NCBI GenBank assembly: GCA_030264375.1
Contig: JASCQW010000162.1
Coordinates: 38,676,900-38,740,899 of the forward strand
Length of the DNA: 64,000 bases
Reading direction: 5' to 3'
Source: Carcharhinus longimanus
Taxonomy: Eukaryota
Below the pieces are notes generated by a model. It was not told the DNA's origin. It saw only the letters and a program-made list of their open reading frames with translations, and searched no databases. Shown here in pieces: positions 26,141-39,672 of this stretch. Made by a program: the position numbers and the translations under genes. The first letter of the stretch is position 1. The number at the start of each line of letters is the position of its first letter.

Positions 26141-27019
26141 CTATTATTGCCATCATCAAATATGTCCCTGGTGATGAATCCATGAGTCAGGTTGCTCTGG
26201 AACAATTTTAGATCATTTTGAAATCATGGTCTACAATGTCTACAACAAAGCTGACCCAGAATGCAGTTCCTACTTGAAGATGTACATGCGGATAACAAAT
26301 GTGAATTAAAATTTCACTACTATTTGCCACTCAAATAACAATCAAGCTTTTGATGTCAGAAATTTGGAAAATGGCTCATTACAATTAATTATTTCAGAAT
26401 TTTAAGAAGTTGCAATAGGAATAGTAATAAATAAAATGACAGCACAGAAACAGACTAGTGTATATACTCCATATCAGCTTCTCCAACCATTCTCTAGCTA
26501 ACCCATCAATACATCCTCCCATTCCTTTCTCCATCAGATGCACTGACCATCTCCATAGAGAATCTAACTATTTCTCTTTGACATTCAAAGCCATTACCAT
26601 TTCTCACGATTAATATAAGAACAAAGTGCACAGGAGCAAGAAAAGCCTCTTATGACTGATCTGTTTGGAATGTGGACATCACTGGCCAGGTCAGCATTTG
26701 TTGCTCATCCCTAATTGCCTTAGAAAGGGCATTTAAGAGTCAACCACATTGCTGTGGATCTGGAGTCACAGGTAGACCAGACCAGGTAAGGATGGTAGAT
26801 TTCATTGCCTGAAGGGCATTATTGAATCAGATGGGTTTTTATGACAACCAAGAATAGTTTCACGGTCAGCATCACACTTTTAATTCCAGATTTTCACTGA
26901 ATTAAAATTTCACCATTTGTCATGATGGGATTTGAACCCAAATCCCTGGAACATTACTGAGTCTCTGGATTATTAATCCAGTGACAATATCTCTACAACC
27001 CTTGTCTATCAAAGCAATA

Positions 27020-29700
27020 GCAATCTTGAATAGATTCAATGATCCAGTCTCCACCATCTTCTGAAGAGAATACCACATACTAACACCCTCAGAGAAAAAA
27101 GAATCCCACGTCTCTTAAAAAGGGGACTTCTTAATCATAAACTTTGGCCCGTTCGTTCTAGTGTTCTCCCAGTATCTATCCTATCAAGTCCCTTAACGAT
27201 AATGTATGTTTCAATAAGATCACCTCTCATTCTTGTAAACTTCAATGGGTACAGCCCCAACCTGTTCAATCTTTCTCGACAAGTTAAGCTCTTCATCCCA
27301 GGAACAAGTTGAGTGTACCTTCACTAAATTGCTTCTAATGCAATATCAGTTTTCAACTAGGAGGCCAAACCTGATCATACTATTCCAGATGTGGTCTCAC
27401 TGGACCTGTTCAGTTACAATAAAACTTCCCTACTTTTATATTCCATTCTCCCTTGCACTAACACCAACATTTCATTTGCCTTTCTAATAATAAATCAAAT
27501 CATATTAAATCAAAACCACAGTTCTCCCTGTGTCTACCTGGGTTTCCTCTGGGTGCTCCGGTTTCCTCCCACAGTCCAAAGATGTGCAGGCTAGGTTGAT
27601 TGGCCATGCTAAATTGCCCCTTAGTGTTAAGGGGATTAGCAGGGAAACCAATATGTGGGGTTAAGGGGATAGGGCCTGGGTGGGATTGTGGTCAGTGCAG
27701 ACTTGATGGGACAAATAGCTTTCTTCTGCACTGTAGGAATTCTATGATTCCAAGTTCACATTTTCCCACTTTATATTCCATTTGCCAAATTGTTTTCCAT
27801 TCAATCCTTTTGCAGACTCTCTACCTCTTCTTGAGGATTAACTTTCCTACACATCTTTGTGTCATCAGAAAATGTAATTAACATGCATACATTCTTTAAT
27901 CCAAGTAATTGATAAAGATTACAAGTAGTGGAGACCCTAGATCCTTGTTACAGTTACTAGTTACAACTTACCAACCTGAAAGTGACCCATTTTATCCCTA
28001 CCTTTTATTTCCTGTTAAGTAACCAATCACATGCTAATATGTAACCCCATGAATATGTACTCTTAACTTGTGCAGTAACATTTGATCTGACACTGGAAAT
28101 CGAAGTATGCAATCCACAGGTTCCCCTTTATCTATCACGCTTGTTACTTCTTCAAAAAATTCCTGATAGATTAGTTAAACATTATTTCCCTTTTGTAAAA
28201 CTATGTTGATTCTGCCTGAATCCATTATGATTTTCTACAGATCCTGCTATAAACTCCTTAATAATGAATCTAGCAATTTCCCGGTTACAGATGTTAGGCT
28301 AACTGGCCTGTAACTTTCCTGCTTTCTGTCTCGTACCTTTCTTGAATAAAAGTAATTTTTTTTTAATTTTCTAATCCATTGGGACAACTCCAGAATCTAA
28401 GAATTTTGAAAGATAATAACAAATGCAGTTATCTCTGCAGCCATTTCTTTTAAGACCCTATGATGCAGGTCATCTGGTCCTAGGGACTTGTCAGCTTTTA
28501 GGTCAAATTGCTTTCACAACACCTTTTGTGTAGTAATGGTGATTGGTTTAAGTCCTCCCTTACCTCTTGATTTTCAAATATTTTTGGGAAGTTTTTTTTT
28601 AAAGTCTTCTACAATGAAGACAGACAGAAAATGTCTGTTTAATGCCTCCATCATTTCCTTACTTTTCATTATCAATTTTCCAGACTTATCTTCTAGAGAA
28701 CCAACACAAACTTTAGTTATGAAAACAGAAAGTGCTGGAAAAACACAGCAGGTCAGGCAGCATCTGTGGAGAGAGAAACAGAGTTATGTTCTGAGTCCAA
28801 TAAAGCTCTTTGGAACATGACCTGCAGTGTTTTTCCAGCACTTTGGTCCTTAAAATCTAACCTACCACTAACCTTTGCAGATTTACAGAGCGTTTCTTTG
28901 AATCTGGTGCAATCTTTAACTCTTTTTTTAGCCATCGATTATGCATCCTTCTTAAAGAATCTTTCTTTCTCACTGGGATAAATATTTGCTAAGAGTTATT
29001 AAATATCTCCTCAAAAGTCTGCTATTATATCTCTACTGTCCTATATTCTACCCTAGTTTCCCAGCTTACATCCTTAGTTACCTTCATTTAGGTTTGAAAC
29101 AGTAGCCTTAGCCCCACACTTTCCCACTTCAAACTGAACATGATATTCTATCATGCTACAATCATTGTTATCTAAAAGCACAATTATCATGAGGTTATTG
29201 ATTAATCTTTTCTCATTGCAAATTATCAGGTCTAGAAATATCTGCTCCTTGTTTGGCTCTAAAATGTACTGCTCTAAGAAACTGTGTATTTGACACAAAC
29301 TCATTTTCAAAACTACCTTTACCAATTTAATTCACCCATAAAGTCACCCTGACTATTGTGGTATCTTTCTTACATGCCTCATTTATTCCTTCCTGTACAC
29401 TCTGTCGTACATTGTAATTACTGCTAGGAGATTGAAAAGCCACTCCCATTAGTGGCCTCCTAGCTTTCCCATTTCTTATTACAACCCAAACTAATTCTAT
29501 ATCTTGCTCTTTCAAGCTAAACTCTCACTTCTGGACTCAGGGCATCCATACCTCTCAGAGCTACCCCAGCACCTTTTCCAACTTTCCGTCTTTTTAAAAT
29601 ATCAAACTCTTTTCCATATTCAGGTTCCAGCCTTGGTTACCTTTTAACCATGTGTCTGTAATGGCTATCAGGTCATACTGATATTTCCATCTGTACTAAC
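27020..29700 (-). mobile_element. Decayed CR1 LINE (endonuclease to 3' end) with nested SINE and hairpin element
   Basis: FLEQYILEP...LDLIICNE and IELVWVVIRN (endonuclease-like), with reverse transcriptase remnants further left. Confidence 0.7.
27522..27750 (+). mobile_element. HE1-like SINE, 5'-truncated
   Basis: Core and tail match the other copies. Confidence 0.85.
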
Positions 29701-31335
29701 ATGGACTGCAGCACTTCAAGAAAGAGGTGCCATACGACCTTCTCAATGAGGGATGGGCAATAAATGTTGGCCCAGCCAGTGATGCCCCCGTGAAAGAATA
29801 AATCTTAAAAATCATCCATTTTGTTCCAAATGCTATGCACTGATTTGGGGCCTTTCTGGCCTTATCTGCTTGCATACTCTTTAAACTCTGTAGCTTACTG
29901 CCACACTCCTGTTATCATTACCTAAATTGCTTTCCTGCCCCAACAGCTCATTGTTTCCCTTTGATTTATCACAGCTCCTCTTACATAATCTGTTTGCCCC
30001 ATTATTTAGTTTAAATCCATCCCTACTCCCTGGTTATGCACTAGTCCCAGCATTAACATCCTAGGGGTCACCAGTGACCACTGGTTTTACTGGGCCAGCC
30101 CATAAAAAAAAATTTTATTAGCCAATAGTGATCAGGAAATAATTATGAAGTTCAGTATCCTGAATCATTCAGCTTCACAGCTGATATTATTTAGTCTTTG
30201 AAAGAGGTAAAATAATACCTATATAAAGCTCAAGTCAGTTTTGTCAACACTGCATGTTTAGGTGCATCCAAAACCAAAGATTAATTGAAATGTTGAATGA
30301 AAGTCATCAATAAACAACCCCAATTCCCTAAGTGAAAATGTTACAAATAATAAAATTATATAAATGTAACACAGACTTTTGTCTTTAAATAAACAACCTA
30401 AGACATAACCCCCCACATTAACCATTATGACAGTTCTTAATGAAAATTAGATCACTGGGTTACAATTGACCCATCATCTTGAATATTTACCTGGAAATGA
30501 AGATGTCTGTGTAACCCAGGTGGATTAAATGTGTGCAATGAAATAAAAAGAACTTGCACAATTGTTAGCAGATTTTAGTACTAGTCAGAAATAATTAAGG
30601 GACATACTGCTGAATTTCACTTGTGTCTTGCTATCTGTGGCTATTTGTAACACCACTAAAATAGTACCTCAGGAATTTCATCCGGAGAGCTTTCATGATC
30701 GGGCATCACAGTTTTACCCCAGATGCATAAAGTAAACTGGATGACTNNNNNNNNNNNNNNNNNNNNNNNNNNNNNNNNNNNNNNNNNNNNNNNNNNNNNN
30801 NNNNNNNNNNNNNNNNNNNNNNNNNNNNNNNNNNNNNNNNNNNNNNATAAAGTAAACTTGATGACTGCTGAAGTTATAAACGATGATTAAGAGAACCCTA
30901 AAAAATTCCTTACAGTAATATTTGCAATTACACTTCAACGGAGGATCTTGTTCTACATACACTGACACAAAATGTTTATAACGTGGTCTAGAAGTGCACC
31001 TCTCATTTACCAAAGAAATCCTACCTAAAACAAGAAATACAAATATGGTATAAAACTTTGTTACTCACTAAAAATATCAGTCTGGAACTTCTGCTCAGGT
31101 GCAATTTACTCAAATGAGGAAACCGCGGCAGAATTTTAAACACCAATACAGTAAATGGTTCTGTATATTTTTAAAGTTCCGCTTACTCACAAGTGGACTA
31201 GTCACTGATTAAAAATGTTTATTTTTGTGATTAATAAACTTTGAAAATTGATTTGTCAAACTTCAAGTCACCACTGAAATATGTCAAATATTTGTATGGT
31301 TTCAAAATTGTTCGAAAACACTTAAGTCAGCTTAC

Positions 31336-31529
31336 TTTTGCTGTTAGCAGCATGATGCAGAAGTTTAAGATGGCAGGTAACTTTATTATACAGATGAGCA
31401 ACTTGTAGGTCTCCTTGATTCCTTGCTGAGGAACATGATGTAACGAAGTCTGTTCCAAGTTCTCCTTTTTAAATAGCAAAACCAAGGTTGTTGTCACTAT
31501 GAAAATTATTCCCCAGAAAAAGAGAAAAC
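31336..31529 (-). CDS. SLC33A1: SLC33A1 coding exon 2 (GFLFFWGIIFIVTTTLVLLFKKEN...FCIMLLTAK)
   Basis: tttcag| acceptor, AAA|gtaagc donor, 194 nt, phase 1 to 0. Confidence 0.95.
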
Positions 31530-31914
31530 CTGAAAGTAGAGAATTGAAATAAAAAGATACATGAGAAAGCTAGAATTTCTCTGCAGAAAATGTAAACGAG
31601 ACGACATAGAAAACTGAATAACATCATTGTTTTTACTTTAAAACTAGATAATCAGGTCCTATCTCTTTCCTCAGTCATATTCAAAATGCACAAGAAACCC
31701 TATCATATTACTTGCATGCACTAGTTAAGGGAAATCTATCCTACTGCCACAGACATACCACAGAAAATACAAAGCTTTTGGAAGTACTGTGGCAAAGAAG
31801 CCCTGTATTTTAAAATGGCTTCTGAACAGGCCGGGCAGGGATGCTGACATTGCTGAATAAGAATTGATATTCAATCTTGTACATGGTGTCATAGAATTAG
31901 AATTGAATGAGTCA

Positions 31915-34900
31915 GAAGGACACAATTGGCCTATCGAGTCTATGCTGGTTCATTCAAAGAGCAATCCAATAATTCCCACACACCTACTCTTTCGCCTTAT
32001 CTTTGCAATTTTTCTTCAGATATTTATCCAGTTTCTTTCTGAAGGCCACTATTAAATCTGTATCCACCAACTGGTCAGACAGTGCAATCCAAATCCTAAT
32101 AACTCATTGTCAAAAAAAAGAAATATGTTTTTTTATGCAATTAGTTTAAATCTGTCCCCTCTGGGTATTGACTCACCAGTCTTTGGAAATGGTCTCTCTT
32201 TATTTACTCATTAATTTAAACTCTTCATGATTTTAATATCTTATAAATCTTCTCTTAACCTTTGCTCTAAAGAGAGCAACCCAGCTTATCCTGTCTATCC
32301 ATGTGACTGCAAAACCTCATCTCCAGAACCATTCTATCAAATCTCTTCTGTACCTACTCTAAAGTTTTACATCCTTGGTAAAGCCCCGAATTGAACAAAA
32401 TTCTCCAAATGGGGCTGAACTATATGGGTTTAGCATGACTGTACTTCCATTTTCCGATCTATAAAGCCCAAAATCCTTTGTGTTACATATGTCTTGGTTA
32501 ACCTGTTCTGCCTCCTTCAAAGCTTTGTGCATTAACATTCCAGGATACTCTAGAAGTCCTTTTAAAATCATATCACTTTTTTCCTATTGTCTCTCCTCAT
32601 TCATCCTAAAAGAAGTACCACCGCTTACGTTGCTGCGCTTAATTCCATCTGCTATGTGTCTGCCCATTCCACCAGTCCATAACTTCCTGAAATCTATTTA
32701 CTAATTTCCTCATTGCTTTGTCTCACCTGCATACTTAGAAACTGCACCCTGTGTCCCATAGTCAAGTCTTTAATGTTTATCAAAAAAGAACAATTGCCAT
32801 AGAACTGAACATTGGAGAACTCCTAATATTTTCTTCACTTTCATTAAATGCTTTTTGAACATTCATACACATATCAAGTGCACTGACAACATCCACAATT
32901 ACGGCTACCTCTTCAGAAAACTAAATATGTTAGTCAAACACGGATTTGTCCTTTAGCAACTCCCTGCTTGTTTTTCTTCATTAGACACGCTTTGTCCAAG
33001 TGGCTGTTAATTCTCTCCTGAACTGTTGCAAAAAGCTTCTCCACCACAGATATTAAATTGACTGGTCTGTAACTGCCAGGTTATTCTTCCTCTACTTTTA
33101 TGAGCAAGGGTGTAAACATTTCCATTCTTCAGACCTTATTGCAAACCTTTTCTGTATTTCCTCTATGTCATTGAGGATGTTGTCAACAAGTTCATTTGCC
33201 TTATTGTTTGACCTTTGAGGCAAAGGTGGCCATATTCATAATCTGGGGCGTTTGGTAGTGCTCTGGTGGGCACGTAGATGGTTAAAAAAGCTGATCTGGG
33301 TCATAAAGGCCCTGCTGCAAATAGGACAGGGTACTGATTACAGTTGAATATTGACTGACTTGGGATTTCCTTTCTTCATGTTTTCTCTCTGCTTCTGTTT
33401 TGCATTTGCTAATGAAGAAGATCACACTGCTTTTTAAAAGAAAATTACTCCATTCTTGAAGTTACAAAACCAATGCACAGAGTGAACAGGACAAGCCCTT
33501 ACTCTATTTCCAAAAGAGAAAATGCTGGAAAATCTCAGCAGGTCTGGCAGCATCTGTAATAATCTGGTTTCAGATTCCAGCATCCACAGTAATTTGCTTT
33601 TATCCTTAATCTATCTCCTTGCTTGCTCCAAAAAAAAATTCAAATTGAATCCATTTCATGGTCCCCACAGGAGAGACATACAAGATGCAAGCTGACAAGA
33701 AAAGGCACCACATCTGATCTTAGGCTTGATATGATGCTAAATCTTACTCAAAACATCACATCTTGGTCCTCTTGCGTGATAAGCAATGATGCAAAGTACT
33801 CATTCAGTACCTCATACGTGCCTGCTGCCACCTCCAATACATCTTCATTTTGATCCCTAATTAGCCTCACCATTCCTTGATCAGCCTTTTTAATGTNNNN
33901 NNNNNNNNNNNNNNNNNNNNNNNNNNNNNNNNNNNNNNNNNNNNNNNNNNNNNNNNNNNNNNNNNNNNNNNNNNNNNNNNNNNNNNNNNNNNNNNNACCA
34001 TTCCTTGATCAGCCTTTTTAATGTTAATATGCCTACAGATTATCTTTGGATTCTTTTATTTGTTAGCTGCCAATCTATTCTTGTACTGTCTCCTTCCACC
34101 TCTTAATTCTATTATCAGTTCTTCTCTGTACTTGAATTCAGCCTAATTCTCTCTTGTGTTATCAAGCTGACATCTTTCATATACTTGTCTTTTCTGCTCC
34201 ATCCTATGCTTCAACTCCTGTGTCATCCTGGGAACTCTGTCTTTGGTTGTCCCTCCTTTTCCAATCCTTGTAACATACCTGGACTGTAGCTGAACCAACT
34301 GCTTTTTAAAGGCTACCCATTTCTCCATTGTTACTGTTAAGTAGTTGCAACTCTTCTGGTCTCAACTGTAGTAATGCAAGCAGAAAAATATGTGGCTCTT
34401 CCATCTAGGTCTTGGAGCAATCAATATCTTCTTAATAAACCTGCATCATGTTTTACTGAAACTCACAAGTGTGGCACCTCATTACTCTTCCTCTTTATGG
34501 TAGCTACTGGTCAAAACGTAACAGTTACCAGCCACTCTTTGACTCCACTGCCAGATTCCTCTACAAATTATTAAAATTAGCCTCTTTCAGTTACTTTTTT
34601 AATTCTAGACTGTTCTTTGTCTTTCTTGATAACTAATCTAAATCTTCCAAGATGCTTCTCAACTATGACATTCTCCACTGAAACAACTTCATTCCCCAGG
34701 ACTAGATATAGCTTCCTTCTTGGGGAGGAAACATACTGATCAAAATTCTCTAGAACATACTTCAGAAATTCCTTCCCTCCTCTGCACTTAACCACAATAA
34801 CTGATTTATGCAATACTGGAGTAATTAAAATTCTCCATCATCACTGTATAGTGCTTGTACCACACCAATTTATTTTCAAATCTGCTCCTCTATATCCACC

Positions 34901-35000
34901 TCAATATCTGATGGCTTATAGAATGCACCAACTAATCTGAAACTTATTTATTATTTCTTAACTTCAAAGAGATTATATGAGCTCTCAAGGATATTCTCTC
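31915..35000 (-). mobile_element. Decayed CR1 LINE pieces
   Basis: EFLKYVLENF.DQYVSSP..LVLGNE, WVAFKKQL and similar remnants. CR1-like tail near 31920. Confidence 0.6.
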
Positions 35001-36989
35001 TTTCTAATAATAAATATCCTCTGTAGATCTAGCACAGACGAGCTGCAGCTCAAACTTCCTATTGTTTTATTCTTAACAGACACAACCACACCTTAGCATT
35101 TCTACTCATCACTGTTATATACTTGCAAAGGCTAGGAAACAATTTTGGGCAGTTTCTACTGTGGACTCAGCAGAAAGTGAATTGAGATTGCCCACCTGTT
35201 TGTTACTTAGGATCCTTAACTGTCCTTGGAAAAACATTTTCCTCTGTTTCAAATCCAAGTGTAAACAGTGGGTAATTATCAAAGAAGAAAGAGGACATGA
35301 GATAGTGAGAGATAAAAACACTGCTGAAGAAAAGATATGGGGTAGATCAAAATGAAAATAAGAAAATGGAAAGATAGCGTAGCAAGGAAATTAGAGTCAG
35401 GAATGAGTGGTTTGTAGATTAGTGCAATGATCACTTAAACAAATAGGAGAATTAGTGGGATGTGACAAAGGGGCTACAAACCAGGACAGCTTAGATATGA
35501 ATCGGATAAGCACTTAAAAATTCAGGTTTTAACATTTTCGGCTGATGGAGTAGCCAACGAAAGCTCACCAGCCCCTTCTCAAGGTCAATATTAGGGATGG
35601 GCAAAAAATGCTGGCCTAGCATGCCTACATCCCATGAATGCATTAAAATTAGTAAACAGGTCACAGGATCAATAGTGGGGAAGTCTCAAATTGAAGACAC
35701 ACAAAAGGCAGAAAATTGCTTCAATGTCGAGTTTTATGAATAAATGGAAAATAAACAGACTGAAAATTAGTTATTCAATAAGGTTGCAGCTTTAATACTA
35801 TGGAAAAGCATGAGAAAGATAAAAAGAACAGTTCAGTGATGAAAAGTGAAATATAAGGTGCTAAATGAGATTAAAAGGCTAAAGGAGAATATGAAATATA
35901 GGTAGCAGATAGCATAAAAACAAATAGGGTATATAGAAGTATAGAAAATTAACAGTTGAGCTGCTCAGAGATGAAGAACAAGTCCAATCATGGAAGATGA
36001 AGGTATTACAGGAAATACATTAATTATTTTGCATCAGATTTTACAGATGGATGCGGGAAATGAGAATATAAGTGTATTAAAGGATGATATTGAACAATTA
36101 TGCAGATTACCCTAACATATGGTCATTGAAATTTGTATCTAACAAATTTAATACAGTTTTAATCAGTCATGAGAGATTAAAAATCGATAATGGAAAGGTT
36201 ATGAGTTTTTTTTTTAAACAGACAGTTATTGGAGTATGGAAGATTTTAGTAGTTGAGGCAGAGACTACTATATCTTTTAAGAGAAAATGAAATAAAGATT
36301 TGAAGCAGAGGAAGGTACTGGACAACCGGAAAACCACAGAGTAGTGGGATTGATTTTAAACCATGAGAGCAAGGAGCTACCAAATATCTTAATTCTGTAT
36401 TTAAAACTCCTTTGCTTCTATGATTCAAACCTGAGGTTCCAGAATGAAAGCAGAAATATGAGAGAAGTGAATTGCAGCAAAAATAAAATGCTATCTGTAT
36501 TTCAGTTTAAAAATTATATAGTTTTTCAAATAAACATTAAACACTTAGTTAAAATTACAACCTGTTCACAAACAAAAATGGCTGGAGATCCTTTGTGACA
36601 GCGACATAAAATACTAATTGTTAATACATTATTAAAGCTGATATCTAGCCGGAAAATTCTTGTTAAATATTCAAATACATCTAAATTATCTTATTGGTTT
36701 TCTGGAGCACAGGCAGGAAGAAAAGGGAAGCAGCAAACTGCTCAGCATGAAGGAACAGTCAAACACACATTCATCAGTGGATCAGAAAGAGCTGTAAAAG
36801 TGGAAATACACTCAATGGGGTTGGCACATGGGATGGAGAGAAGGGAATAATATATTATTGAGCCTGCACATACCACAGAAAACCAAAGCAGAGATGGTGT
36901 CCAGGGTAGGAAACAATCTTGTGGGCATGTCGGTGTGGTTGGCAATCAAGTTGGCATGTGCACAGAGTTGCCAGCCAACTGAATTCTGC

Positions 36990-37112
36990 CAAGCATACTA
37001 CACCACTCCCTTGGCTTCCTGTCCTGGCAACAGCACTACCCCACGTCTAACAACATGCAACAACCCATAAAATGATAGAAAAATTTCACCATGCACCGCT
37101 CCCCCCCCCCTC

Positions 37113-37163
<51 letters not shown>

Positions 37164-37592
37164 CTTGCTACTTCAAACTGATCTATTGAGTCCAAAGTAT
37201 GACTCCCATCAAGAATGCCGATCTGGAAAAACCCTCCCACACAGGACTTCAATGCAAATTCTACCTGAACAAATAAACGGGAATCATCGGACACGGCAAA
37301 CAAAGTAACTGGTCTCAAACATAACCCAACAGTTGTCTGGTTTCAATCTACCAAAGAAAGAGTGGTCCAACCTTCAACAGTTTCAGGGCTGGCCACAGCT
37401 CCCACTTGATCAATCTCCACAAATGGGACAGGAGTGCCAGTCCCCATGTGCCTGTGGGGAACAGCAAACTATGCACCACCTCACAGAAGAGTGTCCAACC
37501 CATAGACTCAATAGAGACCTATCTGCACTCAAATCAGCAGGACTGGAAAAAACTGCTTGGTTTAGGAATTTTGCATTCACTAAATAAATAAT
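36990..37592 (+). mobile_element. Vingi/Ingi-like LINE 3' fragment
   Basis: PLPWLPVL, GFNLPKKEWS, LHKW, and SPCACGEQQTMHHLTEECP (CCHC-like), ending in a (TAAA)n tail. Confidence 0.7.
37114..37161. repeat. (AC)n microsatellite preceded by a poly-C run
   Basis: About 24 uninterrupted AC units. Confidence 0.97.
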
Positions 37593-38921
37593 TACTTCAC
37601 AGAAAATCCAATTATCTTAGTCTTGAAAAACTTAAAATTTCTGGAAGATTGGGTATTCAAACTTGGACTGAAATTTCAGCAACCATTCTATTCAAGAATA
37701 ATCTCATTTACTGCAGTTTGATACAAATATAAAAACTGTGCAAGGGGGAAGGGGCAAAGAGAGAAAAAAAAAGACAACAGTTGTGAAGATGCGATGCAAT
37801 CATACAGAGTACTATTACATGCAGTAACCACTTATTAATTTGAAAGAGGGGTTTGAATTTAGTCATGTCCTCCATGAATTCAGATAATTTTAGGAATGCA
37901 TAAGTTTTTCTCAAAAAATAGTTCTCCATGAAGATAAAAGGTGAAAACACATTAGATAGATGATAGCAATCTTGCATAAAATCAAAAAAGCATAGACATG
38001 CAAGAACATACATAGAAACATGAGGTTCCTTTAATAACAAAAAGGAACAGCATGCTGCATTTGCAGTCAAGGACTATAGTTTCCTCCAGAATTATTCTAT
38101 GAAGCAAATCCACACATTAAAGGGAATCACTGAGCAGCAATGCAATGAACAGGGCACAGGGAATATCCATGAAATTAACTTTTAAACTTCACTTGAAACT
38201 AAGTGGAGCACATTTATAGATTCAGATTTTGAAGCCACTTATATGTTGTGCTAAAGCTGCCAACTCCCAACATGCAGATCCTCTAAGGCCACTAGTGCAT
38301 TAGCAGACTGTAAAAGTGGTTTAAGCACACCGTATGTGAACAATGCTTTTAGTTTTACCTTAGTCTCCCTCATAAACGAAGTTTCCTACCAATATCAACA
38401 GAACAGAGGGGAAGTTGTAATCTAATTATTAGAACATTAAGTGAGAATAATGACTAAAGTCATTGATAACTTATTCAATAACTGACAGAATCTATGGCTG
38501 GAGGACCAGCTCAGTCTCTCCTGCATCTATTCCTCCACCAAACTCAACTCTGCAGTCAGCTCTTGGTTCCACTGACAGACAGAACTGGGATTTTTTTTTA
38601 AAAAGCCCCATACCAACACCAAAAAGTCAGAACAAACATTTAACATGGTGGATTTCTAAAACGCCAATGTTCAAAATACATATCAATAAAACACTAATCC
38701 TCCATAGTCATACCTTGATCCTGCACTAACTGCTGCCACCCAAAGTTTTTACACTAAAACTGCATGCAGCTTCTGCATCATTAAAATGCATCAGAGGACA
38801 GGAATTTTACAACTAAAGTTCAAAAGCTACTAATAGTGTCACCTAAAGCCATAATTCACACTTAATTAAACCAAAATACTTGAACTTCAACTACTTTTAA
38901 GTAAGACTGTCTGCACTTTAC

Positions 38922-39672
38922 CTGATAGAGTGACAATTCCAGTTGGTTGAGATTGAGAACGTAGATATGTGTTGCAGAACTCTGCTGATTCCAATGCCAA
39001 GAAGAGCACATTACCGAGAAAATACCCAGCTGTCTGTCCAACTGAATTACAAGTAGAAGCAAGTCCTACGTTTTCTTTGGATAACATAGTTAATGCCCAG
39101 CCATCTACTGCTATATCCTGAGTAGCAGCCAGAAACCCAAATATAAAAAACACAACTGTGAGTTTAACAATATCGGGGCTAGTGTGTTCATCACTTTTCA
39201 GTAGTGCCTCCACTTCGAATGATAGACAAAGCATAAAAAGTCCCAAAAGATACTGAGTTGGCACCAACCAAGATTTTCTCCGTCCAAAGTTTGGAAAATA
39301 AGCAGCATCCACTAAGGGTGCCCACAGCAGTTTCAGACTGAAAGGCCAAAACACGAAGCTGTAAATAGCTTGATCTGAATAACTAACATTTTTGCTTTGT
39401 AGTATAAGTGGGATGCTCCCAGCCAAACCAAGTGGAATTCCCTGCAACACATAGAGGAATAAGAGCAATAAAATGTTATCAAAATCATTTTTTAGGACAA
39501 TTTTACGTTTACGTTCTGATAATCGATTGTCGTGGTCTTCTAATAGGTTTTTGCTTTCATCTATTTCCAAATTGGTCTCATGGTTCCACGCATCATTTTG
39601 CATGCGCCAAGCTTCAATGGGATTTTCAATACGTTGCCTGCTACGTTCTTTGGGTATAGCTGAAGACGGCAT
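38922..39672 (-). CDS. SLC33A1: SLC33A1 (acetyl-CoA transporter 1, AT-1) coding exon 1
   Basis: ATG at 39672 (MPSSAIPKERSRQR). Motifs LLLFLYVLQGIPLGLAGSIPLILQ, WPFSLKLLWAPLVD, FGRRKSWLVPTQY, AATQDIAVDGWALTML. Acceptor tttcag| at 39708, donor CAG|gtaaag. 751 coding nt. Confidence 0.98.

Noticed and set aside
33868-34025. Direct duplications flanking gaps of about 100 N (also near 21013, 30747, 53623, 56751)
   Set aside because: Identical sequence on both sides of fixed-size gaps is typical of unmerged contig overlaps, not TSDs or real tandem duplications.
37072-37318. His-Thr and Val-Cys repeat ORFs
   Set aside because: Translation of the (AC)n microsatellite.
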